Assembly: GCA_019411205.1 (NCBI GenBank)
Contig: DXRF01000003.1
Coordinates: forward strand, 1 to 43,960
Source of the DNA: Parabacteroides sp.
Lineage (GTDB): Bacteria; Bacteroidota; Bacteroidia; Bacteroidales; Tannerellaceae
DNA length: 43,960 nt
Direction: 5' to 3'
In this document: piece by piece, positions 18,670-28,219 of the stretch
Position numbering within the stretch: position 1 is the stretch's first letter
How the letters are laid out: every line of letters starts with the position of its first letter
Program-made: the position numbers and the translations under genes
The notes under the pieces: generated by a model
The model's input: the letters and a program-made list of their open reading frames with translations, nothing else
Told to the model about the DNA's origin: nothing
Database searches by the model: none

Positions 18670-20586
18670 ATGGATACTAAATATATACGTAATTCATTCC
18701 GCCTGTTGTATGGAATGCTGTTGTTGACTGTCATTTATTCGTGCGCCAATATCGGTAGTCCGAACGGAGGGCCCTATGATGAGATGCCCCCTAAATTCGT
18801 AAGCAGCACACCGGTACCGAATCAGATAAATTATACAGGCAAAAAGATAGAAATCCTATTTGACGAGCTGATTCAGATCGAGAAACCTTCGGAGAATGTG
18901 ATTATCACTCCGCCCCAGATGGAACTACCGATTATCCGCTCTGCCGGGAAGAAGGCGGTGATCGAACTGAAAGACACGTTGAAACCTAACACGACCTATA
19001 CGATCGACTTCACCAATTCCATTGCCGACAACAATGAGAAAAACGTATTCGAGAATTTCTCTTTTGCTTTCTCTACCGGAGACATAATTGACACGCTCGA
19101 AGTTTCGGGAGTCTTGCTGAATGCCGAGAATCTCGAACCGATGCCTGGCATTACGATCGGCCTGCACAACAACCTGGAGGATTCCGCATTCGTGAAGCTC
19201 CCGTTCGTCCGTACTTCCCGTACGAATGACAAAGGGCAGTTCACAATCCGTAATATCGCTCCCGGAAGTTATCATATTTTCGCCTTGAACGATGTGAACC
19301 GCGACTATAAATTTGACCAGCCGGGAGAAGATATCGCTTTCTTGGATTCTCTCATCGTCCCTTCCTTCGAACTGACGACCCGGCAGGATACAACCTGGAA
19401 AGACAGCCTGACGATCGACACGATCCGGACGGTCGATTATACCCGTTTCTTCCCGGATAACATCGAACTCCGCCTATTCAAGGAAAAGTTCGAACGCCAG
19501 TACATGGTGAAACCCGAGCGCCCGGATGAAAAATACTTTACGCTGCGTTTCAACACGAAGCTGGACACCGTCCCGATGCCTGTCCCCATCAATTTCACCC
19601 CAGAAGACAGTTCCTGGTATTTTGTGCAGCAGACGGAAGGCGGTACGGCCGTCAACTACTGGCTTGCTGATTCGACCGTCTGGAAGCAGGACACCCTGCA
19701 AATACAGGTGTCCTATCCGAAGAGCGACTCTCTGAACATCCTGCGTCCACAAACCGACACTGTCCAACTGGTATTACGCCGCCGTCCGGCAGAAAAGAAA
19801 AAGAAGAAAAAGAAAGATGAGCCTGACCCGATCGTATTCTTAGGTATGCAGGTAGACGCTCCCAGTTCGATGGACTTGTTCGACACGATATCCATCACCT
19901 TCAACGAACCGGTATTGGATATCAACAAAGAGATGTTCTTCCTCGATCAGAAGACTGATACCGTTTGGAACATGGTTGATTTCGACTTCTTCCCCGATTC
20001 GACCAACAGCCTGAACTACTTTATCAGACGTCCGTGGAAGTATGGCGAAGAATACCGCATCGAAGTAGATTCCGCCGCTATCCACAGCCTTTACGGAAAA
20101 TGGAACGACTTCTTTACCGGTGAGTTCAAGATCAAGAAGGAAGACGAATACGGCCATCTCTATCTCAACATCAACGGTGTGGATACGACTGCTTTCGTTG
20201 AACTGCTTAGCTCCGGAGATGTGCCTGTCCGCAAGACGAAAGTAAAAGACGGCGGAGTGCTCTTCATGGACTTAAAGCCTGATAAGTATTATGCCCGTAT
20301 TGTGATCGACACGAATGACAACGGAGTGTGGGACACCGGTAATTATGCTGAAAAGCGGCAGCCCGAAGAAGTTTATTATTCTCCCAAGATGTACGAAATC
20401 ATGCAGAACTGGCAGGTCGAAGAGACATGGAATGTCAACTCCACCCCACTGGCTAAGCAAAAGCCTCTTGAGATAACGAAGAATAAGCCGAAGGAAGCAA
20501 CTAAGAAGAAAAGAAACTACAAAGATGAAAGCCAACAATCATCGTCAAGGAATAATAGCAGTGGTAACATGGGAATGCCGTTCTAA
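18670..20586 (+). CDS. Ig-like (Big_5) domain lipoprotein, conserved in Bacteroidetes
   Basis: Lipobox IYSC then ANIGSPNGGPYDEMPP; LKPNTTYTIDF, FSTG and DTNDNGVWDTGNY..RQPE motifs. Confidence 0.82.
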   Translation: MDTKYIRNSFRLLYGMLLLTVIYSCANIGSPNGGPYDEMPPKFVSSTPVPNQINYTGKKIEILFDELIQIEKPSENVIITPPQMELPIIRSAGKKAVIELKDTLKPNTTYTIDFTNSIADNNEKNVFENFSFAFSTGDIIDTLEVSGVLLNAENLEPMPGITIGLHNNLEDSAFVKLPFVRTSRTNDKGQFTIRNIAPGSYHIFALNDVNRDYKFDQPGEDIAFLDSLIVPSFELTTRQDTTWKDSLTIDTIRTVDYTRFFPDNIELRLFKEKFERQYMVKPERPDEKYFTLRFNTKLDTVPMPVPINFTPEDSSWYFVQQTEGGTAVNYWLADSTVWKQDTLQIQVSYPKSDSLNILRPQTDTVQLVLRRRPAEKKKKKKKDEPDPIVFLGMQVDAPSSMDLFDTISITFNEPVLDINKEMFFLDQKTDTVWNMVDFDFFPDSTNSLNYFIRRPWKYGEEYRIEVDSAAIHSLYGKWNDFFTGEFKIKKEDEYGHLYLNINGVDTTAFVELLSSGDVPVRKTKVKDGGVLFMDLKPDKYYARIVIDTNDNGVWDTGNYAEKRQPEEVYYSPKMYEIMQNWQVEETWNVNSTPLAKQKPLEITKNKPKEATKKKRNYKDESQQSSSRNNSSGNMGMPF

Positions 20587-21412
20587 CACCGTCTGCCTGT
20601 GGTTGGCATTTTTGCTGCTGCTGTCGGCGGTATGTACGAAGGCACAGGAAATCCCGGTTCGGCACAGGTTCAGTCCCGGAGAGGAAGTGCAATATGAATT
20701 GTACTTCAAATGGGGTCTTTTAATGCCCCGTGCAGGCCATGCTACCCTTTCCATCCGTGATGCGGAGTACGAGGGTGAGCCATCCTGTCATTATCAGCTT
20801 ATCTTCCGCACCTCCGGCATTATCGAGAAGGTCTACAAAATGCGGGATACGATCGATTGTCATTTCACCCCCAACATGCTGCTTCTACGAAGCGAGAAGC
20901 GGGTAAACGAGAACGACTATTATCTGATAGACGACATCCGTTTCTCCTACGACCGAAAGAAGATACTCGCTCATTCTCACCGTTATACACCCACCCGTAC
21001 GAAGATCGACACGATGCTCGTGACGGAAGAGCCTTATATGTTCGACATGCTGGGAGCAACGATGTATCTGCGTTCCCTGGACTGGGACAAGATGAAGAGC
21101 GGCGAGAGTTTCCCTTTCCAAGTGGCGATCGGACGTGAACGCATCAACATCAGTTTCCGCTACACCGGGCAACAGATCGTGGAACGGAACGAGACATTGA
21201 AGTACAGAACTCGACATTTCTATATCGACATCTACGACGACGCCTTTACCCAAAGTAAGGAAGCAGCCGAGATCTGGATCGGCGACGACGAGAATCATAT
21301 CCCGATCAAGATACGCGCCAAGTTGAAGATCGGTGCAGCCGAAGTCTATTACAAATCTTCCAAAGGACTGCGCTATCCGCTCACTTCGCGGGTAGAGATC
21401 AAGAGACGTTGA
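20525..21412 (+). CDS. DUF3108 domain protein (start uncertain)
   Basis: Signal-peptide-like segment then FSPGEEVQYELYFKWG and EIWIGDDENHIPIKI; overlaps the upstream gene by 62 nt. Confidence 0.75.
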   Translation: MKANNHRQGIIAVVTWECRSNTVCLWLAFLLLLSAVCTKAQEIPVRHRFSPGEEVQYELYFKWGLLMPRAGHATLSIRDAEYEGEPSCHYQLIFRTSGIIEKVYKMRDTIDCHFTPNMLLLRSEKRVNENDYYLIDDIRFSYDRKKILAHSHRYTPTRTKIDTMLVTEEPYMFDMLGATMYLRSLDWDKMKSGESFPFQVAIGRERINISFRYTGQQIVERNETLKYRTRHFYIDIYDDAFTQSKEAAEIWIGDDENHIPIKIRAKLKIGAAEVYYKSSKGLRYPLTSRVEIKRR

Positions 21413-21416
21413 TTCT

Positions 21417-22469
21417 TTAAGATTTTACAGGCAAATAGACAGTAAAACAGGTTGCTTGATAAGACTGCGAAGCAACCGACAATTCGCCGCCATGCATCCG
21501 TATGATCTGTCGGGAAAGACTCAACCCGATACCACTTCCCGTAGCCTTAGTGGTAAAGAAGGGGACGAAAATATCTTCTATCAGATCAGAAGGAATGCCG
21601 GGACCGTTGTCCGTTACCCGGATAAGCAATTGATTCTTCTCCACACCCACTTCCATACGTATCTTTCCGTCTTCCTGCCCTTCAAGTGCCTGCATAGCAT
21701 TCTTCAGCAGGTTAATCAAGACTTGTGACAGCAGCTTTTCGTCTGCATAGACCATTATTTCTGGCTGAAAAGGCACGAGAGAGAAATCGACATGCTGCCG
21801 TTGCATATCCGGCAAGTACAAGGTTTGCAGGTTCTGCAACAGATGCATGAGCAGGAATGTCTTAGGCTCCGGCTGCTTCAGGTAAGCGAATTGCCGGTAC
21901 GATTCGGTGAAATGCATCAGAGTTTGTCCCTGGTTTTTGATGGTGTCCAGTCCCCGTATTGTTTTGAAGATGGTAGCGTCGGTGATCTCTCCACAACTTT
22001 TCGGAATCTCTTTCGTTCGGAAATAGGAAAGAAGCGTGCTGGAGAGAGAGACGATCGGGGCGATGGAATTCATGATTTCGTGTGTCAAGACATGCATCAA
22101 TTTGTCCCATGATTCATACTCTTTGCGATGTAGTTCGCGGTCGAACGCCTTGCGTTTATTCTCGGTCATCAGCCTATGAATACGATTGAAAGCGGCATGC
22201 AGACGACGCTGTTCCTGGCTACCGATATTTTCAGGGAAGCAGAGCATTGATTCGTCATCCTCGATAGCATCCAGGAAAAGCTGTATCCTCCGGTTCGATG
22301 CGTTGAGATAATAGACGAGGAGACTGATCAGCCAAACTGCAATCAAGAGAGCCACGAAACCCAATATAACCGCCCGCCCCGTAACGATACCGGCCATGCC
22401 CAAACCCGCCACCAACACGATGGCAACCACTTGCAAAAGAATGCGTATGTATAGACGGACACTGAACAT
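21417..22469 (-). CDS. Two-component sensor histidine kinase
   Basis: Two N-terminal TM helices; H-box LTHEIMNS, N-box QVLINLLKNA, DNGPG, FVPFFTTK and GSGIGL. Confidence 0.92.
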   Translation of the reverse strand: MFSVRLYIRILLQVVAIVLVAGLGMAGIVTGRAVILGFVALLIAVWLISLLVYYLNASNRRIQLFLDAIEDDESMLCFPENIGSQEQRRLHAAFNRIHRLMTENKRKAFDRELHRKEYESWDKLMHVLTHEIMNSIAPIVSLSSTLLSYFRTKEIPKSCGEITDATIFKTIRGLDTIKNQGQTLMHFTESYRQFAYLKQPEPKTFLLMHLLQNLQTLYLPDMQRQHVDFSLVPFQPEIMVYADEKLLSQVLINLLKNAMQALEGQEDGKIRMEVGVEKNQLLIRVTDNGPGIPSDLIEDIFVPFFTTKATGSGIGLSLSRQIIRMHGGELSVASQSYQATCFTVYLPVKS

Positions 22470-22481
22470 ACCGACAGGAGA

Positions 22482-23816
22482 TCAGAGATTGAAACGCTTC
22501 ATCTTATTATACAAAGTCTGCCGGCTCACGCCCAACTGCTCCGCTGCTGCCGTCAAGTTCCCCTCATTCTGGGTAATAGCCGCCAATATCGCCTGTCGTT
22601 CCACCTCTTCTAAATTAGGAACTTCGCTAAAAGAGAGCGCCTTACCCGGACGAATAAAGAGGTCGGAGGCACGGATCACATTCTTTTCCGCCAGAATTAC
22701 TGCCTTCTCGATCGTATGCTGCAATTCCCGGATGTTGCCGGGCCAGTCGTAATTCACGAGCTTCTCCAACGCCTGCGGGTGCAGGGTAAGCCCTGTCCGC
22801 TTGTAGAGGTCTGCATATTTTTTCAGAAAATAATCGACAAACAAGGCGACATCCTCCCGTCGGTTCCGCAGGGGCGGAATCTCGATCTGTATCGTATTGA
22901 TACGGTAGAACAGGTCTTCGCGGAAAAGCGACTGCGTGACCATCTCCGGCAAGTTACGGTTCGTGGCGGCAATCAGACGTATATCGACCGGAATTTTCCG
23001 GTTACTCCCAAGACGGGTGATCTCGCGGTTCTGTAAAGCAGCCAGCAGTTTGGCCTGCGATCCTAACGACAGGTTTCCAATCTCGTCAAGAAACAACGTG
23101 CTTCCGTGTGCCGCCTCGAACTTCCCCGGACGGCTCTCGCAGGCATCCGTAAAAGCCCCCCGTTCATGCCCGAACAACTCACTTTCGAACAGCGACTCGC
23201 TGACGGCCCCCATATCCACATTGACCATCTCGCGTCGGCTGCGGAGTGAAAGACGGTGTATCTCGCGGGCCAGCATCTCTTTGCCCGTTCCATTCTCGCC
23301 GGTGATCAAGACATTGGCATCCGTCTTGGCGACTTTCGTCACCACTTTGATCAGTTTCATCATCACAGGAGAATGCCCGATAATCATAGCCGGCTCGCTC
23401 GGCCTTGCCCCCGGATACGCCATCTGCCGGGATTTCCGGCCTTGCAACGCGGTACGTATCTTCTCGATCAGGTGATCGTTGTCCCAAGGTTTCAATACGA
23501 AATCAGCGGCCCCACTCTTCAACGCTTTGACAGCCAGTTCAACATCTCCGTAGGCTGTCAGCATGATAACGGGCAGCTCCGGTGCAATCTCCTGTATGCG
23601 ACGAAGCCAGAAAAGCCCTTCATTGCCAGTATTAACCCCTGCGGAGAAATTCATATCCAGCAAAACGAGATCGACTGGCCGACTGTCCAGGACCGAAAGG
23701 ATGCAGTTCGGATTCGAGGCTGTCTCCACCTTTTCGAACTCATCTTCCAGAAGCAGCTCAAGAGAGGTCAGTACGCTTTTGTTATCATCTACAATCAAGA
23801 TAGTTCCGGCTTGCAT
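22482..23816 (-). CDS. NtrC/AtoC-type response regulator (REC-AAA+-Fis HTH)
   Basis: Start at MQAGTILIVDD (23816); LLDMNF, GENGTGKE, ESELFGHERGAFTDA, LFLDEIG, WPGNIREL and LGVSRQTLY. Confidence 0.93.
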   Translation of the reverse strand: MQAGTILIVDDNKSVLTSLELLLEDEFEKVETASNPNCILSVLDSRPVDLVLLDMNFSAGVNTGNEGLFWLRRIQEIAPELPVIMLTAYGDVELAVKALKSGAADFVLKPWDNDHLIEKIRTALQGRKSRQMAYPGARPSEPAMIIGHSPVMMKLIKVVTKVAKTDANVLITGENGTGKEMLAREIHRLSLRSRREMVNVDMGAVSESLFESELFGHERGAFTDACESRPGKFEAAHGSTLFLDEIGNLSLGSQAKLLAALQNREITRLGSNRKIPVDIRLIAATNRNLPEMVTQSLFREDLFYRINTIQIEIPPLRNRREDVALFVDYFLKKYADLYKRTGLTLHPQALEKLVNYDWPGNIRELQHTIEKAVILAEKNVIRASDLFIRPGKALSFSEVPNLEEVERQAILAAITQNEGNLTAAAEQLGVSRQTLYNKMKRFNL

Positions 23817-23915
23817 AAGATCTTTTTCCGGTAAAGTTATCCGCTTCCCTAATACCTTGCAAGCGAGCGTCAAAATATTTGACACTTTTGGATTATTATT
23901 CTGCATAAACCCTTT

Positions 23916-24065
23916 GTCGTTTGCCGGACAAGAACCCATGCTGATCCGGTTCAGCCTTCTGAGGTAAATATTGATTTTTTACTTGATGAACGTATGCGTG
24001 AATGATATGGTGAAGAATTACAACGGAACGTATATGCAACGATCGAACAAAATCCGGGATATTAA
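23916..24065 (+). pseudogene. 3'-terminal remnant of a SusD/RagB family gene
   Basis: Manual translation VVCRTRTHADPVQPSEVNIDFLLDERMRE*YGEELQRNVYATIEQNPGY*; contains the SusD DERxRELxGE motif and terminal QNPGY, with TGA at 24003-24005 and no start. Confidence 0.8.
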
Positions 24066-24083
24066 TTAATCATAAACTCACAG

Positions 24084-24126
24084 AGTGTCCGGATGAATCA
24101 ATATCTTTGTATCCGGACACTTTTTT
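24084..24126 (+). terminator. Stem-loop with U-tract after the susD remnant
   Basis: AGTGTCCGGAT (24084-24094) / ATCCGGACACT (24111-24121), then a T run. Confidence 0.7.
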
Positions 24127-24145
24127 GTATAATTTTTAAAATACC

Positions 24146-26686
24146 ATGTATATGCGCACTATTTCTTATCTGATTTCACTCTTTTTACTCACTGCGTGTG
24201 TGGAAACGCCGCAAAAAGCACCGCTATCCTTGTGGTATAACGAACCAGCAGCCAGTTGGAATGATGCCCTTCCGATCGGAAACGGGCGAGCAGGAGCAAT
24301 GGTTTTCGGAGGAATTGAGAGAGAACAACTTCAATTGAACGAAAACACATTATATAGTGGAGAACCGTCGGTCGTTTTCAAAGACGTAAAAATAACGCCA
24401 GAAATGTTCGACAAAGTGGTTGGACTGATGAAAGCCGGAAAATATACGGAAGTATCCAATCTGGTCTGCAAGAACTGGCTTGGACGCCTGCACCAATATT
24501 ATCAGCCGTTCGGTGACTTACATATCCAAAACAACAAACAGGGAGAGGCCAACCAATATAAACGGACCCTGAATATCTCGGATGCCATTGCCACCACCTC
24601 CTACGAACAGGGTGGAACGCATTATGAACGGGAAGTATTCGCATCCCATCCGGACGACGTGATCGTCATGCGTCTGAAAAGCGATACACCGAATGGTATC
24701 GACATCTCGCTCGATTTTACATCTCCCCATCCGACAGTTCTGCAAAAAGGAACTAACGACCGTTTGATCCTTCATGGACAGGCTCCCGGCTATGTGGAAC
24801 GACGTACATTCGAGCAAATCGAACAATGGGGCGACCAATACAAACACCCTGAACTCTACGATATAAACGGTAAACGCAAATTTAACAAACGGATGCTTTA
24901 CGGTGACGAGATCGACGGGAAAGGAATGTTCTTCGAAGCCCAGTTGAAACCTGTCTTCCCAAAAGACGGGAAATGTGAAATTACTGACTCCGGTATCCAT
25001 GTATACGACACAGATGAAGTCTATTTCGTACTCAGTATGGCAACCAGTTTCAATGGTTTCGACAAAAGTCCGAGCCGGGAAGGCATCGATCCTTCAGCCA
25101 AAGCAGCCGGTATCTTGGATAAGGCTCTGTCTTATAACTATCAGACACTGAAACAACGCCATACAGAGGATTACCATTCTCTGTTTGACCGCGTCGATTT
25201 CAAACTATTTTCCTCCCCCGAACAAAAAGCGATGCCAACCGACAAACGGCTCGAACAATTCGCCCAGACAGCCGATCCTGACCTGGCAGCCCTCCTGTTC
25301 CAATTCGGCCGTTACCTGATGATCAGCGGGTCGCGCCCCGGCGGACAGCCTTTGAACCTGCAAGGGATATGGAACAAAGACACGATCCCGGCCTGGAACT
25401 GTGGTTACACGATCAATATCAATACGGAAATGAACTATTGGCCTGCCGAGCTGACAAACCTGTCGGAATGCCAACAACCTCTATTCCGAATGATCCGGGA
25501 GCTGGCAGTATCCGGAGCCGAAACAGCCCGGAACATGTACAATCGTCGAGGTTGGGTAGCCCATCATAACACTTCTATCTGGCGGGAATCCCTGCCGAAC
25601 GACAATGTGCCGACAGCCTCTTTCTGGCCGATGGTGCAGGGCTGGCTATGCAGCCATCTGTGGGAACACTACCAGTTCACACAAGACGAAGCATTCCTCA
25701 AAAATGAAGCTTATCCTCTGATGAAAGGAGCTGCCGAGTTCTTTGCCGACTGGCTGATAGAAGACGGAAACGGGCATTTGGTGACTCCTGTCGGTGTCTC
25801 TCCGGAAAATAGTTTCGTTACAGACGACGGGCAAACGGCCGCTATGAGCATGGGACCGACGATGGACATGGCAATCATCCGTGAAACTTTTACCCGCACG
25901 ATCGAGGCTTCGGAAATGTTCAATCTGGACGAATCGTTACGCAATGAATTGAAAGATAAATTAGCACGTTTGCTACCCTATCAAATCGGAGAACGCGGGC
26001 AGTTGCAGGAATGGATGTATGACTTCAAGGAACGGGAACCTCAACATCGCCATTTCTCCCACCTGTACGGTTTCCATCCGAGCGACCAGATCACACCGGA
26101 CAAAACGCCGGAGTTGTTCAATGCAGTCCGCAAAACGCTCGAACTGCGGGGCAACTTGGCTTCCGGATGGTCGATGGGCTGGAAAATCAACTGCTGGGCG
26201 CGTCTGTTGGACGGCAACCATGCTTACAAGATCATCGCCAACCTGTTCAATCCCGTCGGATTCGGGAACAGTGCACATAAAGGAGGAGGACTTTTCCGGA
26301 ACTTACTGTGTGCACATCCCCCTTTCCAGATCGACGGCAATTTCGGCTATACAGCAGGTGTCGTTGAAATGTTATTGCAAAGCCATGCCGGATACATTCA
26401 TCTGTTGCCTGCTTTGCCCGACGTATGGGCGGAAGGCTCTGTTTCCGGCCTGAAGGCACGGGGCAACTTCGAGATCACGATGAACTGGAAGAATGGGAAA
26501 TTGACAGAGGCCAACCTCCGTTCTCTATCAGGGAAAAACTGCACGCTTCGTGCCGGACAGGCTTTCACGGTTAAATCAGACGGTAAAACCATAGTTACAT
26601 CCATACCGGTCCGGTCAAACGGTAAAGAATATTTCCAAGCGACATTCGACACGCAAAAAGATGGAACTTACCTAATCACACAATAA
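24146..26686 (+). CDS. Glycoside hydrolase family 95 (alpha-L-fucosidase / alpha-L-galactosidase), lipoprotein
   Basis: ALPIGNG, FQFGRYLMISGSR, NLQGIW, YTININTEMNYW, SPEN, HRHFSHL and HPPFQIDGNFG motifs; lipobox LLTAC. Confidence 0.94.
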   Translation: MYMRTISYLISLFLLTACVETPQKAPLSLWYNEPAASWNDALPIGNGRAGAMVFGGIEREQLQLNENTLYSGEPSVVFKDVKITPEMFDKVVGLMKAGKYTEVSNLVCKNWLGRLHQYYQPFGDLHIQNNKQGEANQYKRTLNISDAIATTSYEQGGTHYEREVFASHPDDVIVMRLKSDTPNGIDISLDFTSPHPTVLQKGTNDRLILHGQAPGYVERRTFEQIEQWGDQYKHPELYDINGKRKFNKRMLYGDEIDGKGMFFEAQLKPVFPKDGKCEITDSGIHVYDTDEVYFVLSMATSFNGFDKSPSREGIDPSAKAAGILDKALSYNYQTLKQRHTEDYHSLFDRVDFKLFSSPEQKAMPTDKRLEQFAQTADPDLAALLFQFGRYLMISGSRPGGQPLNLQGIWNKDTIPAWNCGYTININTEMNYWPAELTNLSECQQPLFRMIRELAVSGAETARNMYNRRGWVAHHNTSIWRESLPNDNVPTASFWPMVQGWLCSHLWEHYQFTQDEAFLKNEAYPLMKGAAEFFADWLIEDGNGHLVTPVGVSPENSFVTDDGQTAAMSMGPTMDMAIIRETFTRTIEASEMFNLDESLRNELKDKLARLLPYQIGERGQLQEWMYDFKEREPQHRHFSHLYGFHPSDQITPDKTPELFNAVRKTLELRGNLASGWSMGWKINCWARLLDGNHAYKIIANLFNPVGFGNSAHKGGGLFRNLLCAHPPFQIDGNFGYTAGVVEMLLQSHAGYIHLLPALPDVWAEGSVSGLKARGNFEITMNWKNGKLTEANLRSLSGKNCTLRAGQAFTVKSDGKTIVTSIPVRSNGKEYFQATFDTQKDGTYLITQ

Positions 26687-26696
26687 ACACGGAGGA

Positions 26697-28139
26697 ATGA
26701 AACAAGCATTATCATTGATCGGAGTGTCCTTTTTATCTGTTGTCAGTTCACTGGCAGCAGATAAAAAGCCCAATATCATTCTAATTCTCGCCGACGACAT
26801 GCGAGCTTCAGGAATGAACTTTTTAGGAAAAGAACAAGTTCAAACACCCAACCTGGACAAGTTGGCAGGAGAAAGTACAGTCTTCACCAACGCCCACATC
26901 ATGGGTGGTACATCCGGAGCCGTCAGCATGCCAAGCCGGGCAATGCTAATGACTGGAAAATATCTTTATAACCTCGAAAAACAGGGAGCAACAATCCCGG
27001 ATTCGCACACAATGATAGGTGAAACCCTCCAGGAAGCCGGCTATAAAACTTTCCATACCGGTAAATGGCACAGCAGTCATGAAGCCCTGAACCGTTGCTT
27101 CAAAGACGGGAAAGCAATCTTTTTCGGAGGCATGTGGGATCACTGGAATGTCCCTTTGTACGATTATCATGCAGATATGAATTACGGAAAACGCCGCCCG
27201 GTCATCCGTAATCAGGCCAAATCGAACAAGGTCGAATATGAGAATGGAGAGTATATATATTCGGGAAAACATTCCGTAGATATTTTCACCCATGAAGCCG
27301 TCGAATATATTCAACAACAAAAAGATAAAAACCAGCCGTTCTTCCTGTCGGTAGCCTATATGTCTCCCCATGACCCTCGGAGCATGCCGGATGAATATAT
27401 GCAGCTTTACGACCAAAGCCAAATACAGCTTCCACCCAACTTTATGGAAAAGCACCCGTTCGATAACGGAGAATTGAAAATACGTGATGAGGTATTGGCT
27501 GCCATCCCCCGCCGTCCGGATGAAATCAAAAAACATATCAAGGAATACTATGCCATGATTTCCCATGTGGACAAACGTGTAGGCAACATTATCCAAGCTC
27601 TGAAAGATAACGGTTTATACGAAAACACAATCATCATATTTGCAGGAGACAACGGGTTGGCAGTCGGACAGCACGGTCTGATGGGGAAACAGAATGTATA
27701 CGAACATAGCGTCGGCATCCCTTTGATGATCAAAGCTGCCGCACAGCATACCGGTAAAAAGACCGCAGACCTATGTTACTTGACAGACGTATTCCCTACT
27801 CTTTGCGACATGCTCCACCTGCCTGTGCCCCAATCGGTAGACGGAGTCAGTCTACTTTCGTCCTTAGACGGAAAAGGACCTGTCCGCGACCATCTCTATT
27901 ACAGCTATATGGATAATCAACGCGGCATTTCCGATGGAACTTGGAAGCTGATCGAATATCACGTGAATGGGAAACGCACGACCCAGTTATTCAATCTGAA
28001 AGACGATCCTTGGGAAAGAAACGACCTCAGCGGACAAAAGAAATACGGAAAAACAATCCAGCGTCTCCGTAAAAAGATGAGCGAAGAGCAGAGAAAGACA
28101 AATGATACATCTGTTTTCTGGAATAATTTCAGATATTAA
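26697..28139 (+). CDS. S1 family sulfatase (Ser-type)
   Basis: KPNIILILADD, TPNLD, SMPSRAMLMTG (SxPxR), GKWH, SPHDP, GDNG and GKQNVYE motifs. Confidence 0.92.
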   Translation: MKQALSLIGVSFLSVVSSLAADKKPNIILILADDMRASGMNFLGKEQVQTPNLDKLAGESTVFTNAHIMGGTSGAVSMPSRAMLMTGKYLYNLEKQGATIPDSHTMIGETLQEAGYKTFHTGKWHSSHEALNRCFKDGKAIFFGGMWDHWNVPLYDYHADMNYGKRRPVIRNQAKSNKVEYENGEYIYSGKHSVDIFTHEAVEYIQQQKDKNQPFFLSVAYMSPHDPRSMPDEYMQLYDQSQIQLPPNFMEKHPFDNGELKIRDEVLAAIPRRPDEIKKHIKEYYAMISHVDKRVGNIIQALKDNGLYENTIIIFAGDNGLAVGQHGLMGKQNVYEHSVGIPLMIKAAAQHTGKKTADLCYLTDVFPTLCDMLHLPVPQSVDGVSLLSSLDGKGPVRDHLYYSYMDNQRGISDGTWKLIEYHVNGKRTTQLFNLKDDPWERNDLSGQKKYGKTIQRLRKKMSEEQRKTNDTSVFWNNFRY

Positions 28140-28162
28140 TTATGTTTTCGCGCACACTCCAT

Positions 28163-28191
28163 GTTTATTTAAAAATAAACTTCTACTTTTG
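28163..28191 (+). promoter_or_regulatory. kdgK-eda-uxaC promoter: palindrome plus -7 box
   Basis: GTTTATTT-AA-AAATAAAC (28163-28180) just upstream of TACTTTTG (28184-28191). Confidence 0.55.
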
Positions 28192-28219
28192 TGGTCTGAA
28201 CACATTATAAACCATTGAT

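Noticed and set aside
23817..23939. 41-aa N-terminal extension of the response regulator from the ORF track
   Set aside because: The receiver domain starts at MQAGTILIVDD (23816); the extension covers the promoter palindrome and overlaps the susD remnant. Extensions on pduO, dapB, the transglutaminase gene and the lyase fusion were trimmed for similar reasons.
24003..24005. Recoded TGA (selenocysteine or readthrough) in the susD-like fragment
   Set aside because: The position aligns with the conserved Leu of ERxREL, and the fragment has no start and an internal deletion, so decay is the simpler explanation.
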